A program made the translations under genes and the position numbers. From NCBI GenBank assembly GCA_963805065.1, contig CAWDSS010000017.1, positions 64,726 through 128,725 of the forward strand: a stretch of DNA of 64,000 nucleotides. The letters are read 5' to 3'. The first letter of the stretch is position 1; each line of letters opens with the position of its first letter. Source of the DNA: Candidatus Omnitrophota bacterium (GTDB taxonomy: Bacteria; Omnitrophota; Gorgyraeia; Gygaellales; Profunditerraquicolaceae). Shown one piece after another: positions 45,816 to 55,564 of the stretch. A model generated the notes under the pieces. That model was not told the DNA's origin. It saw only the letters and a program-made list of their open reading frames with translations, and did not search any database.

Positions 45816-47054
45816 GAACCTCTTTACAATAAGAGTAGCGTTATGCCCGCCAAATCCTAATGAATTAGACATGCAGACATTTACTTGGGCTTTGCGTGCG
45901 GTGTTAGGGACATAATCCAGATCGCAATCAGGATCAGGGTTTTCGTAATTTGTCGTGGGAGGGACAACGTTATCTTGAATAACTAAACAACAAGCTATAA
46001 ATTCAACACCACCTGCAGCCCCCAAGAGATGCCCTGTCATAGACTTGGTGGACGAAATTAAAACTTTCTTCGCGTAATTTCCCAGAGACCTTTTAATGGC
46101 CAGCGTCTCAATTTTATCATTGAGTTTTGTAGATGTGCCGTGCGCGTTTATATAGTTAATATCCTGCGGATTAAGGTGCGCATCTTTAAGAGCCAAATTC
46201 ATAGCTCTCATCGCACCGTCGCCTTCCGGGTCAGGAGCTGTCATATGATACGCATCGCAAGACATGCCGTAACCTGTAATTTCAGCAATTATATGAGCCC
46301 TTCTTTTTTTAGCGTGCTCTAATTCCTCAAGCACAACTAAACCGCAGCCTTCAGCTATAACAAATCCGTCGCGATCCCGTTCAAACGGCCTGCTTGCTTT
46401 TTGCGGTTCATCATTTCTTGTGGATAACGCTTTTAAAGCACAAAATCCTCCTACGCCCGTAGGCACAACGCAACTTTCTGTGCCGCCACAAACCATTATA
46501 TCAGCATCGCCATGCTCTATAATCCTGAAGGCATCGCCGATGGAATGCGAGCCTGAAGCGCAAGCTGTTGCCACGCAGGAATTCGGGCCTTTTAGCCCGT
46601 TTATAATCGCTACCTGTCCGCTTGCTTCATTTACAATGAGCATAGGGATAAGGAATGGCGACATCCTGGAGGGGCCTTTTTCCAGCATAATCTTGTGTTG
46701 CTCTTCTATGGTATGGAGACTTCCAATACCTGAACCAACCAGTGCTCCAATTCTTTCTCTGTCCAATGTATCTAAATTTAATCCGGCATGCGCGATTGCC
46801 TGCTTTGACGCAGCAATCGCATATTGGCTAAATTTATCCATGCGCTTGGTATCTTTGCTGGACATTCCATATAAACCAGCATCAAACCCCTTGACCTCAC
46901 CGGCGATTCGGGAGTCAAATTTAGCCGCATCAAAGGAAGTAATCGGGCCTATGCCGCTTTTTCCCTCTTTTAATGACTTCCAAAATGAAGAAACGTCATT
47001 GCCTATTGCGGAAATTACACCCAAACCTGTAACTACTACTCTTTTTTCTTCCAT
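45807..47054 (-). CDS. fabF: Beta-ketoacyl-ACP synthase II
   Basis: ATACASGSHSIGDA (active Cys), INAHGTSTKLND, MTGHLLGAAGG. Start taken at ATG 47054 (MEEKRVVVTGLG). Confidence 0.95.
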   Translation of the reverse strand: MEEKRVVVTGLGVISAIGNDVSSFWKSLKEGKSGIGPITSFDAAKFDSRIAGEVKGFDAGLYGMSSKDTKRMDKFSQYAIAASKQAIAHAGLNLDTLDRERIGALVGSGIGSLHTIEEQHKIMLEKGPSRMSPFLIPMLIVNEASGQVAIINGLKGPNSCVATACASGSHSIGDAFRIIEHGDADIMVCGGTESCVVPTGVGGFCALKALSTRNDEPQKASRPFERDRDGFVIAEGCGLVVLEELEHAKKRRAHIIAEITGYGMSCDAYHMTAPDPEGDGAMRAMNLALKDAHLNPQDINYINAHGTSTKLNDKIETLAIKRSLGNYAKKVLISSTKSMTGHLLGAAGGVEFIACCLVIQDNVVPPTTNYENPDPDCDLDYVPNTARKAQVNVCMSNSLGFGGHNATLIVKRFVK

Positions 47055-47070
47055 CGTTAATGAACCCATA

Positions 47071-47097
47071 ACCCAGCACATAATTTATGTGCTGGGT
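47071..47097. promoter_or_regulatory. Perfect 13+1+13 bp palindrome 17 nt upstream of fabF
   Basis: ACCCAGCACATAA-T-TTATGTGCTGGGT. Confidence 0.6.
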
Positions 47098-47161
47098 AAG
47101 TTCGGACAGATAAGTTATGTCGGCTACAATCTTAATTTTATACTCCATAACTTATGTCCTC

Positions 47162-47193
47162 ACTAAAATTTACCCCGCCAATGCAAGGCGGGG
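47162..47193 (-). terminator. Rho-independent terminator after acpP
   Basis: Minus strand reads CCCCGCC-ttgcatt-GGCGGGG followed by TAAATTTTAG. Confidence 0.6.
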
Positions 47194-47223
47194 CAAATGG
47201 TAACTCTTATTTATATGTAAATT

Positions 47224-47463
47224 TTATTTATTAGCTGTTTTTTCTTCAATGTATTTAACAGCATCGCCGACAGTGGTGATTTTTTCCGCATCTTCATCGG
47301 GTATTTCAATCCCAAACTCCTCTTCCAAGGCCATGACTAATTCTACTGTGTCCAGAGAATCGGCGCCCAAGTCATCAACAAATGATGCCTCAGGAGTGAC
47401 CTCTTCCGGCTTTACTCCCAGTTGTTCTGCGATTATTGATTTTACTTTGTCTTGTACTGCCAT
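47224..47463 (-). CDS. acpP: Acyl carrier protein
   Basis: [19 protein letters not shown] (phosphopantetheine Ser). Confidence 0.97.
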   Translation of the reverse strand: MAVQDKVKSIIAEQLGVKPEEVTPEASFVDDLGADSLDTVELVMALEEEFGIEIPDEDAEKITTVGDAVKYIEEKTANK

Positions 47464-47496
47464 TCTATTTCCTCCTTACTTTACCCATATTTCGGG

Positions 47497-48240
47497 TCAA
47501 GCCATCACCATTCCGCCATCAACCACAATCGTCTGTCCTGTAACGTAGTTGGAATCTTCAGATGCCAAAAATAAACATACGGCTGCCACGTCATCGGGGC
47601 TTCCGAATTTATTCAAGGGAATAGCTTCCTTCATCTTATCCTTGAGCTCCTCAGGAAGCTTTGCAGTCATTTCAGTCTGAATAAAACCGGGAGCCACTGC
47701 ATTTACATTGATATTTCGCGAAGCTAATTCTTTTGCCGCAGTTTTTGTAAGAGCGATTATGCCTGCTTTAGACGCAGAATAATTTGCCTGTCCGGCATTA
47801 CCTATTATACCGATGATGGAGGCTATGTTGATAATCCTGCCTGACCGTTGTTTTATCATCGGCCGGGATACGGCTCTTATGCAGTTGAATGTGCCCTTTA
47901 GGTTTACATTCAACACCGCATCCCATTCTGTCTGGCTCATCCGCAATAGCAGATTATCTTTTGTGATGCCAGCATTGTTAACTAATATATCAACCTTTCT
48001 GAATTTGTCAAGAATTTTGTTTATTGCTTCTTCTACCTTGGCGTAATCCGTAACATCCAGCTCTACTGCCAGGGATTTTCTGCCCATTGCCTCAATTTCT
48101 TTGCATGTTTTCTGGGCATCTTCCATGTTAACATCACCGATTACTATATCAGCACCCTGCCTGGCAAAGGTAAAGGCTATTGCCTGGCCAATACCCCTAG
48201 CACCTCCGGTAATCAAAGCAACCTTATCTTTTAGTCTCAT
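47497..48240 (-). CDS. fabG: 3-oxoacyl-ACP reductase
   Basis: [15 protein letters not shown] and [14 protein letters not shown]. Confidence 0.93.
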   Translation of the reverse strand: MRLKDKVALITGGARGIGQAIAFTFARQGADIVIGDVNMEDAQKTCKEIEAMGRKSLAVELDVTDYAKVEEAINKILDKFRKVDILVNNAGITKDNLLLRMSQTEWDAVLNVNLKGTFNCIRAVSRPMIKQRSGRIINIASIIGIIGNAGQANYSASKAGIIALTKTAAKELASRNINVNAVAPGFIQTEMTAKLPEELKDKMKEAIPLNKFGSPDDVAAVCLFLASEDSNYVTGQTIVVDGGMVMA

Positions 48241-49168
48241 TTTCCACTCTCCCGATAAGAATATCCTCTTTCTTCTCTATATTTGCTACCTGCGCGCCTG
48301 CGTCGATACGGCGCATTAGCCCCTTTAAGACTTTGCCCGGACCAAACTCTATAAAACTTTTCACCCCTTGCGAGAGCATAAATCTCATGGAATCTTCCCA
48401 AAGGACGCTGGATGCTACCTGCTTTATCAGGTTTTCTTTTATTTCCAATGCAGAAGTTGCAGGTTTAGCCGTTACGTTACAGATTACGGCAGTGCCCGCA
48501 GATTTTATTGTTACATTGTCGAATTCTTTAGCCAGCTTTATTGTTGCCCCGCTCATAAAGGAAGAATGAAATGCGCCGCTCACTTCAAGCACTATAGCCA
48601 TTCTTGCACCGGATTCTTTAGCCAAGGCACAAGCTGCTTCAATCTGTTTTAGGCCCCCGGAAATCACTATCTGGCCGGGGCAATTAAGATTGGCTATTTC
48701 GGTATTAGTCTTTGCACAAATTTCTCTTACTTTATCTGTCTTGAGGCCGATAATAGAGAGCATTTTGCCCGGTCTCTTAAGTGCTTCTTCCTCCATGAAT
48801 TCTCCGCGCCGCCTGACCAGATAAACTGCATCAGCGAAATTCATGGCTCCTGCAGCAACTAAGGCTGAATACTCTCCCAAACTTAATCCGGCAACAAAAG
48901 CCGGCTGCGGCATATCTACAGTTGCCTGCGATTTAAACGCTTCTAGCGCCGCAATGGTTATAGTCAGTACTGCCGGCTGGCAGTTCTGAGTCTTGATGAG
49001 TTCCTCTTGCGGTCCTTCAAACAATAGCTTGCTTATTGAAAAACCCAGGACTTTATCTGCTGTGTCAAAGACCGCTTTACTTTGAGGAAAGGTATCGTAT
49101 AGATCCTTTCCCATTCCTATATATTGGCTGCCTTGTCCAGCAAATAAATATGCAACTTTTTGGCTCAT
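48224..49168 (-). CDS. fabD: Malonyl-CoA:ACP transacylase
   Basis: [12 protein letters not shown] and [12 protein letters not shown]. Confidence 0.93.
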   Translation of the reverse strand: MSQKVAYLFAGQGSQYIGMGKDLYDTFPQSKAVFDTADKVLGFSISKLLFEGPQEELIKTQNCQPAVLTITIAALEAFKSQATVDMPQPAFVAGLSLGEYSALVAAGAMNFADAVYLVRRRGEFMEEEALKRPGKMLSIIGLKTDKVREICAKTNTEIANLNCPGQIVISGGLKQIEAACALAKESGARMAIVLEVSGAFHSSFMSGATIKLAKEFDNVTIKSAGTAVICNVTAKPATSALEIKENLIKQVASSVLWEDSMRFMLSQGVKSFIEFGPGKVLKGLMRRIDAGAQVANIEKKEDILIGRVENETKR

Positions 49169-49194
49169 TTAGCTATCAATACTAATCTCGCTCG

Positions 49195-49227
49195 GTAGGG
49201 ACAGTCCCCTTCGGGGACAATCCCTAC
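49195..49227 (-). other. GC-rich hairpin between fabH and fabD
   Basis: GTAGGGA-ca-GTCCCC-ttcg-GGGGAC-aa-TCCCTAC with no U-run. Possibly an mRNA processing or stability element. Confidence 0.45.
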
Positions 49228-49239
49228 TGCAGTACATAT

Positions 49240-50217
49240 TTACCATTTGATAACGCAGGCGCCCCAAACTAATCCGGCGCCAAAAGCATCCAGAAGGACA
49301 ATATCGCCTTTCTTCACCCTGCCTTCCTTAACTGCTTCACACAGCGCTGTGACAGTAGAAGCTGAAGACATATTGCCATATTTCTCGATATTAAGGTAAA
49401 TCTTCTCTTCAGGCAGCCCTAACTTTTTCGCCATAGCCAGGATTATGCGTATATTGGCCTGATGCGGAATGACCAAATCGATATCTTTACATTCCAGGTT
49501 TGCCATTTTTAATGCTGTTTGTGCTGCCTCGGTCATAAGGACAACTGCAAACTTAAATAATTCGTTGCCCTGCATTTTTATATAATGCAGCCGCTTATCC
49601 AGCGTTTCATGGGAGGCGGGATTTCTTGAACCGCCGCCGGGAACCATTAATAAATCTGCTTTTGAACCGTCGCTGCCCAGATACGTGGAAAGAATTCCGC
49701 CTGATTTTACTTCTGCCAAAACTGCGGCACCTGCACCGTCTCCGAATAAAACGCAGGTATTCCTGTCTTTCCAGTCAGTTATCGAAGAAAGCACTTCTGT
49801 GCCTATTACTAATGCATTTTTGTAAGTACCTCTGGCAATAAACTGCTGGGCGATGGTTAAGGCATAAACAAAACCAGAACAGGCTGCGCTTATGTCAAAA
49901 CAAACTGCGTTACTTGCGCCAAGCGCATTTTGCAGGAAACAGGCTACCGACGGAAACGCCATATCCGGAGTGATAGTAGCAACGATTATCAAATCTATGT
50001 CAGCCGGCTTTAATTTAGCATCCTCCAAAGCATTCCTGGCTGCCTTTATCGCCAAATCAGAGGCTGCTTCTGTTTTAGCTGCCAGGCGCCTTTCTTTAAT
50101 GCCTGTGCGCGTGGTAATCCACTCATCGGAGGTATCCACCATTTTCTCCAAATCCGCATTGGTCAAAACCTTTTTGGGGAGGTATTCTCCCACTCCGATT
50201 ATTCCGACTTTTTTCAT
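49240..50217 (-). CDS. fabH: Beta-ketoacyl-ACP synthase III
   Basis: ISAACSGFVYAL, PHQANIRI, GNMSSAS. Confidence 0.95.
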   Translation of the reverse strand: MKKVGIIGVGEYLPKKVLTNADLEKMVDTSDEWITTRTGIKERRLAAKTEAASDLAIKAARNALEDAKLKPADIDLIIVATITPDMAFPSVACFLQNALGASNAVCFDISAACSGFVYALTIAQQFIARGTYKNALVIGTEVLSSITDWKDRNTCVLFGDGAGAAVLAEVKSGGILSTYLGSDGSKADLLMVPGGGSRNPASHETLDKRLHYIKMQGNELFKFAVVLMTEAAQTALKMANLECKDIDLVIPHQANIRIILAMAKKLGLPEEKIYLNIEKYGNMSSASTVTALCEAVKEGRVKKGDIVLLDAFGAGLVWGACVIKW

Positions 50218-50218
50218 T

Positions 50219-51208
50219 TTATTTCGGGTTTATAGCTTCCAGGATTCTTGCGTTGACACGGCGTTCCACTTCTTCTCCGGCAACCCTAATGGCATTTTTA
50301 ATAGCCTTGGCATTAGAACGGCCGTGACCGATAATCACCACACCATTTACTCCTAAAAGAGGAGCTCCGCCATATTCTGCATAATCTATGTCTTTCTTAA
50401 ACCTCTTGAGGCTGGGCATTAAAAACAACAAACCAATCTTTCCCAGCGTATTGCTTAATAAGTGCCTCTTTAAGAAAATCTGCATTGCTTCGGCAGCGCT
50501 CTCGGAAACTTTCAATGCCACATTTCCCACAAATCCGTCACAAATCACAATATCGCACTTGCCTGAAAACAAATCCTTACCCTCAACGTTACCGATAAAA
50601 TTAAGGCTGCTTTTTTGCAGCAGTTCATGCGTCTCTTTTATAAATCCGGTCCCTTTTACTTCTTCCTCTCCGATATTTAATAAACCGACGGTAGGGTTTG
50701 GTTTATTAAATATATAGTGGATGTATGCATCAGCCATTATCCCGTATTGCAGTAACTGGTTAGGCTTAGGGTCAATATTGGCACCCACATCAATAATCAA
50801 AGATATACCCTTTAATGTCGGCGTAACTATGGCAATGCCGGGCCGTTCAATGCCGGGCAATAATCCCAAACCCAATGAAGCAGCGCAAACAACCGCTCCG
50901 GTATTGCCGGCGCTAAAAAAAGCATCTCCCTGGCCTTCTTTTACCAGGTCTATGCCTACGACAATAGAGGAATTCCGCTTTCTGCGCACGCTCGTGGCCG
51001 CAGATTCAGACATGCCTATTACTTCCTGCGCAGGGAATACCATTATTTTATCGCCGCTGTATCCTGCTTTTTTAAGCAGCGACTTTACGGTTTCCTCATT
51101 GCCGACCAAAACCACTTCGGTATTATACTCACCAACCGCAGCGATTGCTCCGTTAATTACAACCTGCGGCGCATGGTCGCCGCCCATTGCATCAACAATA
51201 ATCTTCAT
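50219..51208 (-). CDS. plsX: Phosphate acyltransferase
   Basis: IIVDAMGGDHAP N-terminus. 329 aa. Confidence 0.93.
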   Translation of the reverse strand: MKIIVDAMGGDHAPQVVINGAIAAVGEYNTEVVLVGNEETVKSLLKKAGYSGDKIMVFPAQEVIGMSESAATSVRRKRNSSIVVGIDLVKEGQGDAFFSAGNTGAVVCAASLGLGLLPGIERPGIAIVTPTLKGISLIIDVGANIDPKPNQLLQYGIMADAYIHYIFNKPNPTVGLLNIGEEEVKGTGFIKETHELLQKSSLNFIGNVEGKDLFSGKCDIVICDGFVGNVALKVSESAAEAMQIFLKRHLLSNTLGKIGLLFLMPSLKRFKKDIDYAEYGGAPLLGVNGVVIIGHGRSNAKAIKNAIRVAGEEVERRVNARILEAINPK

Positions 51209-51414
51209 TAAGCGCCCTTTTTCTTCTTCTTTTCTTTAACCTTAATCTCAATAACCTGCCTGCCGTTATAATATCCGCAAACCAGGCAAATCCGGTGCGG
51301 TAATTTCGGCTGTTTGCATTGAGGGCAGGGTATTAGATTGGTTTTAGATAACTTCCAGTGTGTCCGGCGCTTTCTTCCACGCGCCGCAGAATGCCTTTTT
51401 TTAGGTAGAGCCAC
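51208..51414 (-). CDS. rpmF: 50S ribosomal protein L32
   Basis: MALPKKRHSAARGRKRRTHWKL plus a CPQC...CLVC zinc ribbon. Confidence 0.9.
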   Translation of the reverse strand: MALPKKRHSAARGRKRRTHWKLSKTNLIPCPQCKQPKLPHRICLVCGYYNGRQVIEIKVKEKKKKKGA

Positions 51415-51814
51415 AGGTACAACCTCCTTCGCTTAATTTATTGCCGCATTTCAGGCAGAGGCCTTTGCAATTCGGATTGCATAAAGGCTTCATGGGATAA
51501 TCCAGTAATATCTCTTCCCTTATATCCGGATTAAGATCAATAACCTGCACGTTCTTTTCAACCGGATAATTTAACTTTACTTCCTTGTTAAAATCTATTG
51601 CTATTTCTTCCAGGCAACGGCTGCAGCTGGAAAAAAGTGTAGCCTTAATTGCCAGCCTCGCAGAAATTGCGTTGGTAATCCTGCTGACTTCTGCTTTGAC
51701 TTTTATAGGCTCATGAAACTTGATTATCTCAGTTTCTAAATCCAGGCTGGACGCAGCTATTTCTTCCTCGAGGGTAATTCCCTCAAAGGGTATCTGGTTA
51801 ACGTATATCTTCAC
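51401..51814 (-). CDS. yceD: YceD/DUF177 family protein
   Basis: CSRCLEEI ... CNPNCKGLCLKCGNKL. Conserved position upstream of rpmF. Confidence 0.8.
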   Translation of the reverse strand: MKIYVNQIPFEGITLEEEIAASSLDLETEIIKFHEPIKVKAEVSRITNAISARLAIKATLFSSCSRCLEEIAIDFNKEVKLNYPVEKNVQVIDLNPDIREEILLDYPMKPLCNPNCKGLCLKCGNKLSEGGCTCGST

Positions 51815-52299
51815 TTGGTATTACGCAACTTCCTCTTAAGCGCCTTCTCCACAAAATCCGGCACAAAACAAGACAAATTTGCACCCAAAGAAGCTGCTTC
51901 CTTTAAAAGCTTAGAGGAAAGATAGCTGAAAGATTCCTGGGGCATAAGAAAGATTGTTTCTATATCTGGAGAGAATTTCCTGTTTGTCAATGCCATCTGA
52001 AACTCGTATTCAAAGTCGGAAATCATGCGTAAACCCCGGATTAAAACCTTGGCCTTCTGTTTATGCGCATAATCCACTACCAGCCCATCAAAGTTCGTAA
52101 TCACAATTCCCTTTAAATCCCCTGTTGCCTTCTTAAGCATGGAGACTCTTTCTTCAACGCTGAATAAAGGCTTTTTATGGGGATTATGAGCTACTGCTAC
52201 AATAAGCTCAGGGTAGATTTCCCTTGCTCTTTTTATAAGATCAATATGTCCGTAGGTTACCGGGTCAAAAGTCCCGGGGTATATAGCAATTTGGCACAT
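51811..52299 (-). CDS. coaD: Phosphopantetheine adenylyltransferase
   Basis: IYPGTFDPVTYGHIDLI motif. Confidence 0.93.
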   Translation of the reverse strand: MCQIAIYPGTFDPVTYGHIDLIKRAREIYPELIVAVAHNPHKKPLFSVEERVSMLKKATGDLKGIVITNFDGLVVDYAHKQKAKVLIRGLRMISDFEYEFQMALTNRKFSPDIETIFLMPQESFSYLSSKLLKEAASLGANLSCFVPDFVEKALKRKLRNTK

Positions 52300-52930
52300 C
52301 TTGTTTCCTGTAAAACGACAATATTGTATCGCCGTAACTGGCTTCTTTGATTAAGGTTAGCTTTTCAACCTGGCTTGGCAGCAGATCTTTCTTAAAATGC
52401 TGCACTACTATCAAACCATAGGGCGCTAATATATCATAAGCACCCAGGGTTTGCAAGGTTTTTTTTGCCACAGAAGGTGGCACACCAACCCCTCCGATAA
52501 GGTTGGGTGTTGCCGCAGAAGGCGGCACACCAACCTCTCCGATAAGGTTGGGTGTTGCCCGTACCTTTTGATACGGAGCGTCCATAAAGATAATATCGAA
52601 TGCTTTCTTGTCTTTATGAAGCTTGTGTATAACTTTTTCTACTTCCAAGGGTAACAAGGCGAAGTTACTTATCTTCAAAACCTCCATATTCTCCTTTATT
52701 ATTGCCAGGCAATCGCGGTCGTTTTCCACTAAGACAGCTTCCTTTGCTCCCCTTGACAAAGCCTCTATTCCTACAGCGCCTGAACCGGCAAACAACTCTA
52801 AAAAAGACAAACCCTCAATATCGCCCAGGATATCAAATATTGCTTTTCTTACCTTATCCTGTGTAGGCCTGATTGCCTTAGGCATCTTCAATAGCCTGCT
52901 CTTGTATTTTCCCGATGTTATTCTCATCAA
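52265..52930 (-). CDS. rsmD: 16S rRNA (guanine966-N2)-methyltransferase with a 30-aa tandem-repeat insertion
   Basis: LELFAGSGAVGIEALSRGA and FMDAPY motifs. At 221 aa it is ~35 aa longer than I recall for typical RsmD. Confidence 0.85.
   Translation of the reverse strand: MMRITSGKYKSRLLKMPKAIRPTQDKVRKAIFDILGDIEGLSFLELFAGSGAVGIEALSRGAKEAVLVENDRDCLAIIKENMEVLKISNFALLPLEVEKVIHKLHKDKKAFDIIFMDAPYQKVRATPNLIGEVGVPPSAATPNLIGGVGVPPSVAKKTLQTLGAYDILAPYGLIVVQHFKKDLLPSQVEKLTLIKEASYGDTILSFYRKQDVPNCYIPRDF
52468..52557. repeat. 45-bp tandem duplication (2 units), each unit hairpin-forming, in frame within rsmD
   Basis: Units 52468..52512 and 52513..52557 differ at 3 positions. Each contains GCACACCAACC...GGTTGGGTGTTGC. 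Encodes ATPNLIGEVGVPPSA-ATPNLIGGVGVPPSV. Confidence 0.85.
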
Positions 52931-55020
52931 CCTACCACCATTAACTTCTCATATTCCGGGAATCTCTGCAGAAGCTTCTGCTTTAACCCCAGGTTCTGCT
53001 TAGCCTCTAAGCCAGGATCCAGCTCTATAAGCTTTATTGCCTCATCCCGTGCCATCTTTAACAGCTTCATCTGCGTCAAAGGATTTGCGATTTTCAGTTC
53101 AGCTAAGCCATGCTGCCTGCTGCCGAAAAATTCACCCGGACCCCTGATTTTTAAGTCCTCCTCGGCAATACGGAATCCGTCATTGAATTGAACCATGGTT
53201 TGAATACGCGCTTTGGCTTCTTCGGTCGCTGCGTCAGCAACAAGAATACAGACTGACTCAAGCCCACCTCTTCCTACCCTGCCGCGTAATTGATGCAATT
53301 GGCTTAAACCGAAACGCTCTGCATGTTGGATAATCATACAGGTGGCATTGGGTATGTCAATGCCGACTTCCAGAACTGTTGTAGAAATCAACATATCCAA
53401 ATCCATATTCCGAAAATCCGACATTACCTGGTCTTGTTCCTCCTGTTTTAACCTGCCGTGAATCAGGCCTAATCTAAATTCTTTGAATTCTCCTGCCTTT
53501 AATTCACTGAATGCCTTTTTTACGCCTGCAATATCCAGTTCGTATGATTCCTCGATAACCGGATAAATTACATACACCTGCCTTCCTTGTTTTAATTCAT
53601 TCCTTGCTAAGCCGTAAGCTTGCAATGCCTGTTCTTGGCTAAAATGCAATGTTTTAACAGGTAGCCTTCCTGCCGGAAGTTCATTAATAACAGAAATGTC
53701 CAGGTCCCCGTACAAAGTAATTGCCAGCGTGCGGGGGATAGGAGTTGCAGTCATGATTAATACATCGGGGTTAATGCCTTTTTTAGGCAATAATGCCCGC
53801 TGGCTGACCCCGAATTTATGCTGTTCATCAATTACCACCAGGCCTAAGTTCTTAAATCCAACTGACTCTTCCAACAAGGCATGAGTACCGATTACCAAAT
53901 CAATCCTTCCCTCTTTTGCCTCCTGCTGGATTTTTTGTTTTTCTTTTTTGTCAATGCTGCTGGTAAGCAGCGCTACCTTTATCTGCTTTTGCTGAAAGCT
54001 GAGAGCTGAAAGCTGAGAGCTGATTTTCTCGAAATGCTGTTTGGCTAATATCTCCGTAGGCACCATGAAGGCAGCCTGATATCCTCCTTGTATGGCAATC
54101 ATACAGGCAATATTCGCCACTACGGTTTTACCCGACCCCACGTCACCCTGCAAAAGCCTCTGCATTGCCTGTGGCCTTGCCATGTCCAGCTTTATTTCTT
54201 CAATTACTTTTTTTTGTGATTCTGTCAGTTTAAAGCTAAGGCAGTTTATGAAATCCTGCTTGAGCTTGCCTTCAACTTTGTGAACGATCCCGCTTTTATT
54301 TGCTTTTTTTAATTTTCGTAAAACTAGGGGTAACTGGAATACAAAGAATTCTTCAAAGGCTAGCCTTCGGTATGCCTGTTGTTGTATCTGGTGATCTTGC
54401 GGAAAGTGCATACTGATGATGCTCTTTGCCAGATTTAGTAAATCATTCCTCGACCTGATATCAAAGGGGAGGGAATCATTCACAAAGGGGAGATACTCAT
54501 CGGCTACGGATTTAATAATTTTACGCAAACTTCGCTGAGTCATGTTTTGGGGTAAAGTATAAACGGGGACGATCCTACCTATGCTAAGCGACTGATCTTT
54601 GTCTCCTGAAACAATTTCAAATTCCGGGGAACTCATCTGCAACCTGTTTGCATAACGTTCAACCTTTCCGTACAAAATTAGAGTATCTTTGACTTTAAAA
54701 TAATCCTTAAGGTAGGGCTGGTTAAACCACACGCAAGAAATTTTTCCACTATCATCCCCTACCGTTACTTCAATTATGCTAAACCCACGCCTTCTAAAAG
54801 AAGTGCGTGCATTTTTCGCCAAGACTTCTGCTTTTATGGTCTGGACCTGTCCTTCTTGAAGTTTGGATATCGGGCTAAATTTTGTGCGGTCTTCGTAGCG
54901 CCGGGGGAAATAATAAAAAAAATCCTCTATCACGCTAACGCCACTCTTTTCTAAAGCCTTGGCTCGCTTAGGCCCGATTCCTTTTAAATAACGGACCGGT
55001 GTATCCAGCGATTTTTTCAT
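52927..55020 (-). CDS. recG: ATP-dependent DNA helicase RecG
   Basis: LLQGDVGSGKTVVA, VVIDEQHKFGV, QLHQLRGRVGRG. 697 aa. Confidence 0.95.
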   Translation of the reverse strand: MKKSLDTPVRYLKGIGPKRAKALEKSGVSVIEDFFYYFPRRYEDRTKFSPISKLQEGQVQTIKAEVLAKNARTSFRRRGFSIIEVTVGDDSGKISCVWFNQPYLKDYFKVKDTLILYGKVERYANRLQMSSPEFEIVSGDKDQSLSIGRIVPVYTLPQNMTQRSLRKIIKSVADEYLPFVNDSLPFDIRSRNDLLNLAKSIISMHFPQDHQIQQQAYRRLAFEEFFVFQLPLVLRKLKKANKSGIVHKVEGKLKQDFINCLSFKLTESQKKVIEEIKLDMARPQAMQRLLQGDVGSGKTVVANIACMIAIQGGYQAAFMVPTEILAKQHFEKISSQLSALSFQQKQIKVALLTSSIDKKEKQKIQQEAKEGRIDLVIGTHALLEESVGFKNLGLVVIDEQHKFGVSQRALLPKKGINPDVLIMTATPIPRTLAITLYGDLDISVINELPAGRLPVKTLHFSQEQALQAYGLARNELKQGRQVYVIYPVIEESYELDIAGVKKAFSELKAGEFKEFRLGLIHGRLKQEEQDQVMSDFRNMDLDMLISTTVLEVGIDIPNATCMIIQHAERFGLSQLHQLRGRVGRGGLESVCILVADAATEEAKARIQTMVQFNDGFRIAEEDLKIRGPGEFFGSRQHGLAELKIANPLTQMKLLKMARDEAIKLIELDPGLEAKQNLGLKQKLLQRFPEYEKLMVVG
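53991..54025. repeat. Tandem heptamers GCTGAAA/GCTGAGA inside recG (same family as 33944..34006)
   Basis: gctgaaa gctgaga gctgaaa gctgaga gctgatt. Encodes SSQLSALSFQQ. Confidence 0.8.
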
Positions 55021-55481
55021 AAAGTAATCTGGGGTTCTTCTGATTCAGGTAGGCCTTTCATTGGAGGAGTAGGCCTTTCTTCCGGAGCCTGGGGTTTAAT
55101 TTTACCCTGGGTAACTTCTATCTCAAATGAATCCGTGGAAACAGGCTTATTGTTTATTTTTATGGAAGCCGGGTTGATTTTGAATTTTCCCGCGGCGTTG
55201 GGTGCCAAAACAAATTCATATATTAAAGTAGTCTTTGGGCCATCCTTGCCAAAAACCATATTGGAAGATTCAACCTGGGATAACACTGCAAAATTCGTAA
55301 ACCCGGGAAGCTGAGGTACAGGTAACGTCTTATCAGTTGAGGTTATGGTTATTTTATAGGTAAGCGTATCATCAGTGGATATCTTAGGCTTATCCACCTG
55401 CGCTCTTATGGAGGTATCGGCAAAAGAGTAAACCAGCGAGGAAAATAAAAAAATCAAGGAAAAAACTGTCAGCCTTTTCAT
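55017..55481 (-). CDS. Secreted protein, BatD N-terminal-domain-like
   Basis: Signal peptide MKRLTVFSLIFLFSSLVYSFA and a beta-rich domain (VDKPKISTDDTLTYKITITS...) resembling the first domain of BatD. Pro/Glu-rich tail. ATGA overlap with recG. The family call is weak. Confidence 0.35.
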   Translation of the reverse strand: MKRLTVFSLIFLFSSLVYSFADTSIRAQVDKPKISTDDTLTYKITITSTDKTLPVPQLPGFTNFAVLSQVESSNMVFGKDGPKTTLIYEFVLAPNAAGKFKINPASIKINNKPVSTDSFEIEVTQGKIKPQAPEERPTPPMKGLPESEEPQITL

Positions 55482-55529
55482 GGTTTAATTTTTACATATT
55501 AACCAAAAACTGTCAATAGCTTTTAGGCC

Positions 55530-55558
55530 TTGAATTTCTACAAAATTTGTGGTATATT
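55530..55558 (+). promoter_or_regulatory. Strong plus-strand sigma70-like promoter with extended -10
   Basis: TTGAAT (55530..55535), a 17-nt spacer ending in TGG, then TATATT (55553..55558). Confidence 0.5.
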
Positions 55559-55564
55559 ATTAAT

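Noticed and set aside
46420-47166. 248-aa plus-strand ORF. Other long plus-strand ORFs of the same kind include 35463..36083, 50721..51239, 36446..36919 and 49892..50356.
   Set aside because: Each lies exactly antisense to a gene with unmistakable family motifs (fabF, argB, plsX, argJ, fabH). Their translations are low-complexity Ser/Pro/Ile-rich strings with no motifs. They are shadow ORFs typical of AT-rich DNA.
52468-52557. Possible CRISPR array, considered for the tandem 45-bp units and also for the heptamer arrays.
   Set aside because: The repeats are directly adjacent with no unique spacers. There are only two units, inside a conserved methyltransferase ORF, and there are no cas genes in the window.
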